Assembly (NCBI GenBank): GCA_963666975.2
Contig: CAXVYR010000004.1
Span: forward strand, 736,001 to 800,000
Reading direction: 5' to 3'
DNA length: 64,000 nucleotides
Source: Terriglobia bacterium
Lineage (GTDB): Bacteria; Acidobacteriota; Terriglobia; 2-12-FULL-54-10
Below, piece after piece: positions 51,526 to 62,835 of this stretch. The notes under the pieces are model-generated. The model did not search any database. It was not told where the DNA came from and saw only the letters and a program-made list of their open reading frames with translations. A program made the position numbers and the translations under genes. Each line of letters begins with the position of its first letter. Position 1 is the first letter of the stretch.

Positions 51526-52059
51526 CGATCTAACTCCTTTTCAGTTCCAGATATATAAGTTGCCCTGGCCTAGCTGGGAGGCTCTATAGTAGCTCCCATG
51601 TACGTTTACCCCCTGGATCGGGTCTTCTCCGAAGTATAGGTTCCTCTCCGTGACATTGACTTCCGTAATTACCTTTCCAACCGAACTCTACCGAGACACA
51701 GCAAAACACCCAACAGGAATACCCTTCCTTTTTGGGATAACTGCCTTGCTCAGTAGCAAGCAAACGGACACTTGCGTCACTGAACGAGGCCGGTTCCAGC
51801 TCTGTTAATAAAAATCCGCACTAAAAAGTAAAGAAAGGTTTTCGGGCATAAAAGCCCTCAGCCAAACTGATTATCTTAAAAAGAAAAATAGCTCTTAGTG
51901 ATTTACCGACGACTGTTCGTGCCATAAGTGGCTCCAGTGCCTAATGAGCCGGACCATAACACTGGCATTCCCCCTTGTCAAGTTCTTATTTACAACCTGT
52001 CGTTAGCACATGATATGTCCGGTGGAAATAGCAAGTGAAGTGTCCGCTTGGAAGGCGGT

Positions 52060-52955
52060 CTGGGGAAGGAAGTCGCCTTTCGGGCCGACGCGGCCTTTGG
52101 CAAGCCGGAGATATACGAGGCTCTGGAGGAGCGGGGCGTCAAATACGCTATCCGGATACCGGCCAACGAAAACCTGCAACGGGACATCGAGGAGTTGCTG
52201 AAACGTCCGGTGGGAAGGCCCGGCAAGAAACCGTTGGTGGAGTACAAGGGCTTTCTGTACCAAGCCGAGAGTTGGAAGACGGCTCTACGGGTGGTGGCGA
52301 AGGTGGAACATCATGTCGGGGAGCTGTCCTCGCGCGTCGGGTTCATTGTGACGAACCTGACGTTGCCGAGTCCAGCGGTGGTGCGGTTCTATAATAAGCG
52401 CGGCACAACAGAGCAGTGGATCAAGGAAGGCAAGCAGGCGGTGAAGATGACGCGGCTCAGTTGCCACCGCTTCCGGTCGAACGAGGTGAGGCGCTGGCTG
52501 ACCATCATTGACTTATAATCTGGGCAACCTGTGGCGGTGGCTGGTGCTGCCACAGAGGATCAGCAACTGGTCATTGACGAGCCTACAGCAGCGGCTGGTG
52601 AAAACCCGCGGGCGGCTGGTCAAGTATGCCCGCTCTTATTGGTTGTGGTTAGCGGAGAGTCATCTGACTCGGCGGCTGTTTGCCAGCAGGCTGGGGCGGA
52701 TAGATGGGCTGCCGCTTCCGTCGGGAAAGCCCAGGTTGTGGCAACCCAAGAAAACAATTCCTCTATCCCCCAGGAATGGAGAGCTGTCTGAAAAAGCTGG
52801 TTCTGGAAACCGAGGCGATGGGTTTTGGGGACTCGGAAAGAGCGGCTGGAAGCCGCTGGCAGTATCTCGGAGAAAATATTTGTCTGGAAGGGCTCAGTTG
52901 AAGGCCAACGGATGTATACTCACGAGTCGGATGGGCCAAAAAACTAATTCCGGTT
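52060..52955 (+). pseudogene. IS1380 transposase C-terminal half and right end, frameshifted
   Basis: FRADAAFGKPEIYE...YNKRGTTEQWIKEGK...YNLGN...SLQQRLVK. Confidence 0.88.
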
Positions 52956-53637
52956 GAACAGAAGCACCGGATGATAACAGGTGGACTCGAAGTGCCCGTT
53001 GTAGGCGCTATGCTCCTGCTCCCCATAGACCGGGATCTCGGTTGAGTCCATGTCGAGCACTACCCGGTGCGGCGAATCGATCGCTTCTGCCCTGCCGATC
53101 AGTTCCCGGTTCAGCCGTGCCAGCCCCGCGAAGTTTTCCTCCTCAGCCAGCAACTCCGTCTCGAAGGTTTGCAACCGGGATGGTAGTGCTGCCCCTCGAT
53201 CCCAATTCTTCTCTGAACCGATCAGCCGGAACGTCGGATCTCGTGAGAGCTGCTCGGCATCGTTCACATCCTCATACCCAGCCAAGCGACTGTACACCGA
53301 CTGCCGTAGAAGGTCCGCGAGGGGCAATCATGTGTTCTTCCCCCTAGGATCAGCTAGGTGCTGCTTGATGAGTTCACCGAATCCCAAGCGTTCGTCCAAC
53401 TCCCGGACCAGAATCAACCCTCCGTTGGAGGTGACCCTCGATCCGTGGAAAGCGACCCTCGATCCGTGGAAAGCGACCTTCAACGAGGCATTAAAAGTGA
53501 GTTGAAATGGCTGATTTTGTCTCTCACCCATTGGGTGTAAACCTCCGGAAGGCAATGTTGATGCTCGAACCCGCATCAATATTGATGTTGGATGTTAGTC
53601 GAGGGTTGCTTCTACGATTTCAAACTGGAAATGCGGG
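52950..53637 (-). pseudogene. IS1380 left end and transposase N-terminal half, frameshifted
   Basis: MGERQNQPFQL...TSNGGLILVRELDERLG...GYEDVND...LDMDST...CYHPVLLFN; 21-bp tandem duplication at ~53433-53478. Confidence 0.88.
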
Positions 53638-54026
53638 GTTAACTCTCATCCCGGCGGGCCGGTATCCGGGAGGCTACAGAACATATGGACCGAGATGGAG
53701 TGCAATGTTAAGTGTGTTGTCAAGCTCGGAAATTGAACGATTATGGTAAAATGACGCTCCTTTACCGGACGGAATAACCCGGCTGGAGGTTGCATAGACG
53801 CCGATGCAGAAAAGCGTACCCCGGTTCTTGAGAGAAAAAAACCTGTGGCAAATGAAGGCGGACAATCTGGAAGCGGGCGGTTGCTGCGGACACGACGCCG
53901 GCTGCGGGTGGCGTTCCGGGTTATTGCCGCCGCTTCTTTTTTGGAGGAACTGAGTCTTGTGGGCTGCTATGCAGAACATGGCAGTCTCCCGCCGGTCTGC
54001 TTGGCTATATGGAGATTGAACCACCG

Positions 54027-54341
54027 ATGACCCGACTCGCACTGAACTGGCGCCCCGCAGCCGCCTGGCTGTTCATCCTGGCGCTCTTCGTGCTCCACCA
54101 CGATTTCTGGCAGTGGGACCGCATTGAGCCGCTGCTGTGGGGCTGGGCGCCGGTGGTGTTGTGGTATCACGTTGCCTACACCGTTCTTTGTACTCTAGCC
54201 ATGTTCCTGCTGAGCCGCTGGGCTTGGCCGGACCCTCCGCCCGAGATCGATGCAGCCGGCGAAGAGGTTCCCGTCCGTGGCACAGCTTCCCCCGTGACCC
54301 CGGTTGAGCAAACGCATTCGGAAAGAAGCCGGCGGTCATGA
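54027..54341 (+). CDS. Small membrane accessory protein of SSS symporter (DUF3311-like)
   Basis: LHHDFWQW...LWGWAP, two TM helices; stop overlaps the symporter start (ATGA). Confidence 0.8.
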   Translation: MTRLALNWRPAAAWLFILALFVLHHDFWQWDRIEPLLWGWAPVVLWYHVAYTVLCTLAMFLLSRWAWPDPPPEIDAAGEEVPVRGTASPVTPVEQTHSERSRRS

Positions 54342-55846
54342 CGGACGGCATGATAGTCCTGTTGGGCGTCCTCATCTACTTTGCCATTCTGATCGGCATC
54401 GGCGCCTCCAGCTACCGCATTTCGTACCGGACGCCGGAGGATTTCTTTATCGCCCGACGCGGCATCGGCACCTTTGCCCTGTTCATCGGAGTGTACGCCA
54501 CGAATATGACGGCGTTCTTCATGATGGGCATTCCCGGGGCCGCTTATCACAATGGGATTGGTGTATACGGCTGGGTGACGGCGCCTGTAGCTCTGCTGAC
54601 GCCCCTTTGCTTTTACCTGATCGGCTATCCCTGCTGGATTCTCGGCAAGCGTTATGGCTACATGACGCAGCCGGAGCTGTTCGGTGCCCGCTGGAACAGC
54701 CGCGCCGTTTCGCTGGCCTTCTTTGCCCTGCTGACGTTCTACATGATTCCGTATCTGGTGCTCGGGGTGATCGGCGGGGGCGTGACCTTCGAGTCGATGA
54801 CCGACGGTCTCGTTCCTTACTGGGCGGGCGCTCTCCTGGTGCTCGCCGTCGTCTTCGCCTACGTCCTGCTGGGAGGGCTGCGGGGAACGGCATGGGCGAA
54901 CGTCTTCCAGGGGGTGCTGTTTCTGATCTTCTTGGTTATCGCGTTCTTCTGGATCGCGGGGGAGATGGGGGGGCTCAGTTCCCTCACGCAACAGTTAGCC
55001 GCTGAAAAACCGCATCTACTGGCGCGAGACGAAATTGCGCGCTTCGATCCCAAGCTGTGGTTCAGCTTCATGCTGGTTGCTCCCCTGGCGTCGGTGATGT
55101 TCCCTCATGTATTTATCCGGCTGCTCGCCTCGCGGGATCACCGGTCGATCCGCGCCGCCAGCGCGCTCTATCCGCTGGCGCTCATTATTGGCTGGGTTCC
55201 GGTCGTCATGATCGGCGCCTGGGGCGCGCTGGCGTTTCCCGGGCTTGAGGGGCAGGCCTCCGACGCCATCATGCCGATGATGATCGTCCGCTATCTTCCG
55301 GACGTGCTGATTGTGCTGGGGGTGGCCGCCATCTTCGCGACCATCATGTCATCGCTCGACGCTCAGATCCTGGCGCTGAGCACGCTGTTTGCCCGCGATT
55401 TTCTGGGTGCATGGCGCCGGGGGGCGCAGATGGACGGCAACCGCCAAATTCTCTGGGGAAGATTGTTTGTTGTCCTGATCGCGGCCCTCACCTACGGGCT
55501 GGCGCTGCAGCAGCCGGCCAGCATCTTGCGCATCAGTGAGTACGCATTTACCGGATTCGTCCAATTGCTTCCGGTCGTCCTGGCTGCTCTGTACTGGCCG
55601 CGCGCCACCAAGCAGGGGGCTTTGGCGGCGATGGCCGGCGGAACCCTGGTGCTGTTCTTGCTGCCGGGCGGCCCCTTTCCCGTGCTCCCCCAGTCGTTGT
55701 TGTTTGGGTTTATGCCGGTTGTTCCCTGCCTCGTGGTGACCACCGCGTTGCTCGTGGTCGTCTCCCTGCTGACCAGGGCCCAGCCGCCTCCCTGGCCCTG
55801 GGACTTCCGGTTGATCCTCCGCGGCCGGCCTCTAACGGAACAGTAA
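54338..55846 (+). CDS. Sodium:solute symporter family protein
   Basis: EDFFIARRGIG, ATNMTAFFMMGIPG, GGLRGTAWANVFQG, TIMSSLDAQIL. Confidence 0.93.
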   Translation: MTDGMIVLLGVLIYFAILIGIGASSYRISYRTPEDFFIARRGIGTFALFIGVYATNMTAFFMMGIPGAAYHNGIGVYGWVTAPVALLTPLCFYLIGYPCWILGKRYGYMTQPELFGARWNSRAVSLAFFALLTFYMIPYLVLGVIGGGVTFESMTDGLVPYWAGALLVLAVVFAYVLLGGLRGTAWANVFQGVLFLIFLVIAFFWIAGEMGGLSSLTQQLAAEKPHLLARDEIARFDPKLWFSFMLVAPLASVMFPHVFIRLLASRDHRSIRAASALYPLALIIGWVPVVMIGAWGALAFPGLEGQASDAIMPMMIVRYLPDVLIVLGVAAIFATIMSSLDAQILALSTLFARDFLGAWRRGAQMDGNRQILWGRLFVVLIAALTYGLALQQPASILRISEYAFTGFVQLLPVVLAALYWPRATKQGALAAMAGGTLVLFLLPGGPFPVLPQSLLFGFMPVVPCLVVTTALLVVVSLLTRAQPPPWPWDFRLILRGRPLTEQ

Positions 55847-55859
55847 CTCAAAGCGGGCC

Positions 55860-56890
55860 GGAGCCTGCCGAAGGGCGCGCGGCTCGGATTCTGATTCCTG
55901 ACTCCTTCCCCCCACTATGTCATCCCGATCCCGTCTTGGCGGGAGAGGGATCTGCTTTTGCCCGCTTGCTTGCGCGCGCGGCTCGGATTGTGGCTTCGGA
56001 CTCCCTCGGCAGATTCGGTTTTCTCGGAACAATTGCCTTGCCTTGTTTCCTGGGAGCCGTCCATACTGGGCCGGGGGAGGAGCGCACAGCAAGAGAAATC
56101 CGCTGGAAAAAGTGGTTTTTTGCGAAACGAAGCCAACATGTTCCCGTAAATCAAGAAGTTACAAAATTGGGACGGCCCCATTCCATCGTGCATCCCTCGT
56201 ATGCCCTACCCTGACACGGGCTGAGCCCGGATTTCTCACCAGCCCCGGCAGGGGCGGAAGAAACTAGCCCCGGGCGTGAGCCCGGGGTACAGAGGCCAAT
56301 TGTTTTTAGCCCCGTAGGGGCGGCAGAAATGCCGCAGCGGGAGTTTTCTTTCGCCCCTGCCGGGGCTCGATCCCGTTTGGGAATCGCATACCCCGGGCTC
56401 ACGCCCGGGGCTATACTCTGTCGCCCGCTGCGGGGCTCGGAATCGCCCACAACGCCCAGACCACCAAGTTCTTCTGGACGATCCGTCAGGAGGGCTGGTG
56501 AGAAATTCGGGTTAGAACAGGTTATGAAACAAGCTCTACTCCCTAGCAACCGCTCCATTACTGTCGCGGCTCGGATTGACCGCCCTGCGGGCGGTCATCC
56601 TGAGCAGAGCGAAGGATCTGCTTTTCATCCTGACTCCTTACCCCCACGATGTCATCCCGATCCCGCCTTGGCGGGAAAGGGATCTGCTTTTGCCCGCTTG
56701 CTTACGCGCGCGGCTCGGATTGACTGCCCTGCGGGCGGTCATCCTGAGCGGAGCGAAGGATCTGCTTTTCATTCTGACGCTCGCCCTCCGAAGCCTTGGC
56801 ATAGGAGGGGCTGGCTTCTGTCCTTTGCCCGCTTGCTTACGCGCGCGGCTCGGATTCTGACCCTGTCCCGCGCGCAGCGAGGGATCTGCT
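55860..56890. repeat. Cluster of REP-like repeats
   Basis: Recurrent gcggctcggatt, gtcatcctgagc..agcgaaggatctgc and gtcatcccgatccc..cttggcggga..gggatctgc units; agccccggcaggggcg/cgcccctgccggggct inverted pair. Confidence 0.8.
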
Positions 56891-59800
56891 TTATTTCCCT
56901 CCTCCTCACTTTTCACTCGCCACTCGTCACTGTTGTTTCCGCCCAGGGCATCACTCCCCAAAGCATCATCACCACGGTGGCGGGTGGCTCGTGGCAATTT
57001 CGCGGCGACGGTGGACCGGCCATCGATGCGCCCCTGGGAACCATTCAGGGAGTCGCGGTGGACTCGGCCGGCAATGTGTATGTTGCCGATCCTGACAATT
57101 TCCTGATATTGAAGATTTCCCCCGATGGGATTCTTACCATTGTGGCGGGCAATGGATTGCTCGGCTTTTCCGGGGATGGTGGTCCAGCCACCAGCGCCTC
57201 GTTGCCTGTTCCCGTGGGAGTGGCGTTGGATGCAGCTGGCAGCCTCTACATAGCTACCTTGAGGCGAATTCATAAGGTCAGCGCAGACGGGATCATCACT
57301 ACTGTAGCGGGAAATGGGGAAGACGGCTTTTCCGGGGATGGCGGTCCAGCCACCAGCGCCACTTTTGACACCATTTCGGGAGTGGCAGTGGATACGTCGG
57401 GCAACCTCTACATCGCCGACTCTCACAATCAACGCATCCGCAAGGTCGGCCTAGATGGAATTATCACCACCGTGGCCGGGAGTGGCGATACAGGCTACTT
57501 CAACGGTGGCTTTTCCGGCGATAACGGACCAGCCACCAGTGCCTTGCTAAGTCAGCCCGCGGACGTAGCAGTAGATGCGGCTGGCAACCTCTACATCGCC
57601 GACGAGCAGAACGACCGCATCCGCAAGGTCGGCCTCGACGGCATTATCACAACTGTAGTGGGGGGGGCGTTTCCGGCGATGGCGTTCCGGCCACAAGTGC
57701 TGCTCTTGATAGACCCAGCGGGGTGGAGGTAGATACGGCCGGTAACCTCTACATTGCCCAAGTCATAAAAGGCCGTATCCGCAAGGTCAGTGCCGACGGG
57801 ATTATCACAACTGTCGCCGGGGGGGGGCGACTTTCCGGGCGATGGCGGTCCGGCCACCAGTGCCGCACTGAGGGCTCCACATGGGGTTGCGGTAGATATG
57901 GTCGGCAAACCTCTACATTGGTGACAGCCTAAACAGGCGCATTCTCAAGGTCACCTCAAATGGTACTATCAGCACGATAGCTGGTAACGGGTTGTTCAGA
58001 TTCTCTGGCGATGGAGGCCCTGCTACCAGCACCCCATTGAATTTCCCTACGAAGATAGCGATTGATGCGGACGGAAACCTCTACATCGCCGATTTGTTCA
58101 ACTTCCGCGTTCGCAAGGTCAGCCCCGACGGGATTATCACCACCATTGCCGGCAATGGAATGTTCTATTTTTCCTCACTGGATGGCGGGCAGGCCGTCGA
58201 CGCCTCCTTGACCAATCTCTTCGATGTGGCAGTGGACACGGACGGCAATCTTTACATTATCGATTCGAACCGCGTTCGTAAGGTCGGCCTCGACGGCATT
58301 ATCACAACTGTCGCCGGGGGTGGAAGCGTGCACGGCGATGGTGGACCGGCCACCAGTGCCTCGCTGAATGTGCCCTTTGGGATCGCAGTGAACACGGCCG
58401 GTAACCTCTACATCGCCGACACTTTTAACAACCGCATCCGCAAGGTCAGCCTCGACGGGATTATTACCACCGTGGTCGGCAACGGAATCCGGACAGGCGT
58501 GATAGACGGCGAAGGTGGTGATCCCGCGGACGATCTCGGCGATGGCGGTCCGGCCACCAGCGCTTCGCTGGCTATGCCAAATGGTGTCGCGGTGGATGCG
58601 GCTGGCAACCTCTACATCGCCGACTCTGACAATCAACGCATCCGCAAGATCGGCCTAGATGGAATCATCACCACCGTGGCCGGGAGCGGCGATACAGGCT
58701 TCTTCAACGGTGGCTTTTCCGGCGATAACGGACCAGCCACCAGTGTCTTGCTAAGTAATCCCGCGGACGTAGCAGTAGATGCGGCTGGCAACCTCTACAT
58801 CGCCGACACTTTTAACAACCGCATCCGCAAGGTCAGTGCCGACGGGATTATTACCACTGTCGCCGGCGGTGGAAGCGTGCGCGGCGATGGCGGTCCGGCC
58901 ACCAGCGCTTCGCTGACTATTCCAAATGGTGTCGCGGTGGATGCGGCTGGCAACCTCTACATCGCCGAAAGATTGAACGATCGCATCCGGAAAGTTCTCG
59001 CAACCCCGCCTTCCTACTCTGCCTTCCCGCGGGGTTTGAGTTTCTCTGCCGAGGCCAACACGCCGGTGGTTGCAGCACAGCGAATTACCGTCTCCAGTGA
59101 CGTCGCCGGCCTCATGTGGAGCACACAAACCACAACGGAGACCGGCGGCAACTGGCTGTCTGCTTCACCCGCTGTGGGGTCAGCGCCAGGGGTTATTTCC
59201 GTCATGGCGGATGTCTCAAACTTGCTGCCGGGAACCTACCTGGGGATGGTAACCGTACTAGCGCCTCTGGCCGTTCCTTCTACACAGACCGTCAGCGTCG
59301 CGTTGACTGTCGAGGCCGCTCCGGAACCGAAGCTTACCATCGAGCCTTCCGAGCTTACTTTCGAGATCACCGCCGGGACCGGCAACCCGCAGGCGCGGAC
59401 GCTGCGCATCGGCAATGCCGGTGGGGGGACGCTCAACTGGACGGCGCTGGCCGAAACGCAGTCCGGCGGCGACTGGCTGAACGTGTCGTCCTTTTCCGGT
59501 TCGGCCTCTACCGTTTCCCCGGCGACGGTCGAGGTTGCTGTGAACACCGCCAACCTGGAGCCGGGAGTTTACTCAGGCTCGGTGCTTATAGAGAGTTCAG
59601 CCCTCGGCCAGCAGGAGACCGTGGCGGTGACGCTGCTGCTCTCGCAGCCGACGCAGACCATACTGGTGAGCCAGAACGGGCTGCAATTCGTCGCCGTCGA
59701 AGGCGGCGCGGTAGAACCGTCCCAAACGTTCGGCATCCTGAACACCGGCGAGGGAGTGATGGACTGGTCGCTTCAGACCGAGACCTTCTCCGGCGGCAAC

Positions 59801-61423
59801 TGGCTCAGTGTCTCGCCTGTGAGCGGCGAAACCGACGCGGCATCGCGCAATGTCCCGTTGATAGAGGTGGGGGTCGGAGCGATTGGGCTGCCAGCCGGTG
59901 CCTACAGCGGCCTGATCCGCGTCAGCTCAGCGGGGGCGAACAACTCGCCGCAGTTTGTGACCGTCACCCTGAACGTGCTGCCGCCGGGCAGCGATCCGGG
60001 TGTGCTGGTGCGGCCCACGAACTTAATCTACACCGCAGTGGCCGGAACCTTTTCGCCCGGCTCGCAACTTGTTCGTCTGGCCAAGCTGACGCCCGGCAGC
60101 GTGGAGGCTCGCAGCGGAATAACTTATCTGGATGATGATGGCTGGCTGGAGTTACTGCCGCCCAACCTGGTAATTTCCGATGACGACCCACGGAAGATGG
60201 TACTTCAACCGACTTTGGGCACACTTCCGCCCGGCACCTACCGTGCTCAGTTAGCCTACCAGTTCAGCGACGGAAGCCCGTCGCAGCCGGTGGACATCCT
60301 TTTCCTGGTGATCCCCAACACGGCAGGGACTGCATTGGTGTCGCGGACGAAATATGGTGCAGCTATTAACGGGGAGGGATGCACTGCGCAGCGAATGATT
60401 GCAAGGGGCCGCAGCCTAGGGAACAGCTTTGCCTCCCCGGTAGCTTGGCCGACCACCATTGAGGTCCTGGTGCTGGACGACTGCGGCAGGCCGGTCACAG
60501 ACGCCATTCTGGTTGCTCGATTCTCAAACGGCGACTCGCCGGTAGCCTTGGTAAGTCTTCGTAACGGGCTGTACACAGGTACTTGGCGGCCAGTGAACCC
60601 CAACGAACAGGTCATCGTCACCGTGCGGGCCGACCTGCCTTCCCTCCCGTCGGTGGAAGTAGTCGCCAACGGGCGAGTCAACGCCAATGCGGAAGCTCCG
60701 ATCCTGTTCTCGCGTGGTGTCGTGAACGCTGCCACCTTTGCTTCCGGACAGGCTCTGGCCCCCGGCAGCATCGTTTCCGTGTTTGGAAACAACTTGGCGC
60801 AGGGACTGAACTTTGCTTCGCAACTGCCGCTGGAAACAACGTTGGGAGGAACCACGCTGATTGTGGGAGGCATTGAGCAACCGCTGTTTTTTTCGAGCGA
60901 CGGACAGGTCAACGCGCAGCTTCCTTTTGCTTTGGAACCCAACAGCCGCGTACAAATGGTGGTGAAGACACAAATAGGAAACAGCGGACTGGATGCGATC
61001 ACCGTTCCGGAAACCATCACCATAGCGGAGGCGCGGCCCGGCATCTTTACCACCAACCAGCAAGGCACCGGACAAGGAGCGATCCTGAATCAGGACTCCT
61101 CGCCCAACTCGCCGGAGAACCCGGAAGTGGTGGGCAATGTGATTCAAGTATTCTCCACTGGGCTTGGCAACACGGACCCTGGGGTGCCGTCGGGCCAGCT
61201 AGCACCGAGCCAGGAACCGCTGGCAAGGGTGATGGTTCCGGTGCAGGCGCAGATTGGAGGGAGTTCGGCGACGGTGCAGTTCGCCGGACTGGCGCCGGGA
61301 TTTGTGGGCCTCTACCAGGTAAACGTGCAGATTCCGGCAGGAGTGGAACCGGGGCCGGAAGTGCCGCTCGTATTGTTCCAGAACGGAGTTCCCTCCAACA
61401 CCGTCACACTGGCGATTCAGTGA
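56880..61423 (+). CDS. Large secreted NHL-repeat + BACON/Ig-like + Solibacter C-terminal (TIGR03437-like) protein; split by indels at 57660-57910; true start uncertain
   Basis: Many GDGGPATSA...VAVD.AGNLYIAD...RIRKV repeats; GVVNAA...LAPGSIVSVFG and FAGLAPGFVGLYQVNVQIP. Confidence 0.85.
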
Positions 61424-61496
61424 GCTTGGATTGCGGATTCAAGACTGCTGCCGGTTGCACTCCACCAGCAGGGCGGCTTCTCTTTTAGCTTTCTGG

Positions 61497-62237
61497 CTAC
61501 TGCTTGCCGGACTGGATTTTTGCGATGATCTGCGCGGCGCGTGCCTGGGCGACGTGAACGAGCGCGCGGTCCTTGCGAATTTTTTCGAGCAAGGGGATCA
61601 AATGCTCGGCTCCCAGCAAGCGGCCGTGATTGAGATTTGATTCCAGGTGAAGCAGCTCTTTCATGACACCCAGGCGGTCAAAGCGCACCAGGTATTCCAG
61701 CCGGAGGAAGTGCTGTTCGGTCTGGGAAATTCTCTCGAACAATGCCGACAGCGCCAGCGCTTCGGGAATCTCCGTATGGTTGAAGGCGGTCTCGTTGCTC
61801 TGCGCTCCGTTTTGGTAAGCCAGCGTTTTTTTGCCCATGCTGGCCACCTTGCGACCCGATTCCAGATTTCCGTCCTGAAACCAATTGAGTTTTTCCACCA
61901 GGGAAAAAATCTCTTCGGTCTGCTCCAGAGAAAACTGGAGTTCCAGGGGAGCGTCGTCGTCCGGGGCGGTCCGGTAGAGCGCTGCTCCGTTTTCCTGCAC
62001 AACCACGGAAAAGTATTCCGGCTTGCTGTTGGGAAACTCTTTGGTGAAGATCACGCGGGGAAGGGCATCGGATGCCGTCTGGGCGGCTTGCCCGGCGGCC
62101 GTCAGGGAAAGCAAAAAAAACGCCAGCAGGGAAACCTTGCGAATGGCAGCGCCGCCTCCGGCTACCGCCTTCCGAGTATGCAAGCGCCAAGTATGTAAAT
62201 AATAGTGGATATGCGATTCAGGAAGGCGTTGTCTCAT
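61497..62237 (-). CDS. Hypothetical exported protein (start uncertain)
   Basis: Hydrophobic signal-like segment followed by a globular domain (FTKEFPNSKPEY...); co-oriented downstream of ruvC. Confidence 0.65.
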   Translation of the reverse strand: MRQRLPESHIHYYLHTWRLHTRKAVAGGGAAIRKVSLLAFFLLSLTAAGQAAQTASDALPRVIFTKEFPNSKPEYFSVVVQENGAALYRTAPDDDAPLELQFSLEQTEEIFSLVEKLNWFQDGNLESGRKVASMGKKTLAYQNGAQSNETAFNHTEIPEALALSALFERISQTEQHFLRLEYLVRFDRLGVMKELLHLESNLNHGRLLGAEHLIPLLEKIRKDRALVHVAQARAAQIIAKIQSGKQ

Positions 62238-62278
62238 GCTGCCCTGTTTTATGCTGCGCTGTCGCATGCCGCGAGGTC

Positions 62279-62821
62279 TCATACTGCAGGCTGCGTGCGG
62301 GCTTGGGTGCCGGGGCGTGTGCGGGACTGGGCGCGCGAGAGCTTTTGCAGGGTGTGTGAATTGTGTGCGTGACACAAGGCCACCGCCAAAGCGTCGGCGG
62401 CGTCTTCCGGGGGAACCTGCTGAAGCCCGAGCAGCGTCTGGACCATCTGCTGGACTTGATGTTTTTCCGCGCGTCCGTAACCCACCACGCTGGATTTGAC
62501 TTCCAGCGGCGAGTACTCGTGCACCGACAACCCGGCTGCTGCGGCGGCGAGCAGCGCCACTCCCCTGACTTGTCCCAGCTTCAGGGCGCTGTTTGCATTG
62601 ATGGAGGCAAAAATCCCCTCCACGGCCACGACATCGGGCGAGCAGCTTTCGATGATTTGGCGCAGGCCGTCGGAAATCTGTTTCAGACGTTCCGGAAAAG
62701 GGAACCGGCTCCGGGTCAGGATCACGCCGGAGCGGACCACGCGCGAGCGGCGTCCGTCGGTGTCGATCACGCCGTAGCCGGTGGCGGTCGAGCCGCAATC
62801 GATGCCGAGAACGCGGGTCAT
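62279..62821 (-). CDS. ruvC: Holliday junction resolvase RuvC
   Basis: RVLGIDCG, AVEGIF, LKLGQVRGV, EYSPLEVK, DAADALAVALCH. Confidence 0.97.
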   Translation of the reverse strand: MTRVLGIDCGSTATGYGVIDTDGRRSRVVRSGVILTRSRFPFPERLKQISDGLRQIIESCSPDVVAVEGIFASINANSALKLGQVRGVALLAAAAAGLSVHEYSPLEVKSSVVGYGRAEKHQVQQMVQTLLGLQQVPPEDAADALAVALCHAHNSHTLQKLSRAQSRTRPGTQARTQPAV

Positions 62822-62835
62822 TGTTGTTGTTATTG

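Noticed and set aside
51905-51930. Second sigma54 promoter (TGGCAC on the minus strand) ahead of paralog 8
   Set aside because: The -12 TTGC element is absent.
55860-56890. Possible CRISPR array
   Set aside because: Units are palindromic REP-like motifs with irregular, non-unique spacers; no cas genes.
62238-62798. N-terminal extension of the 433-aa ORF
   Set aside because: Overlaps ruvC in another frame with low-complexity Arg/Pro-rich translation.
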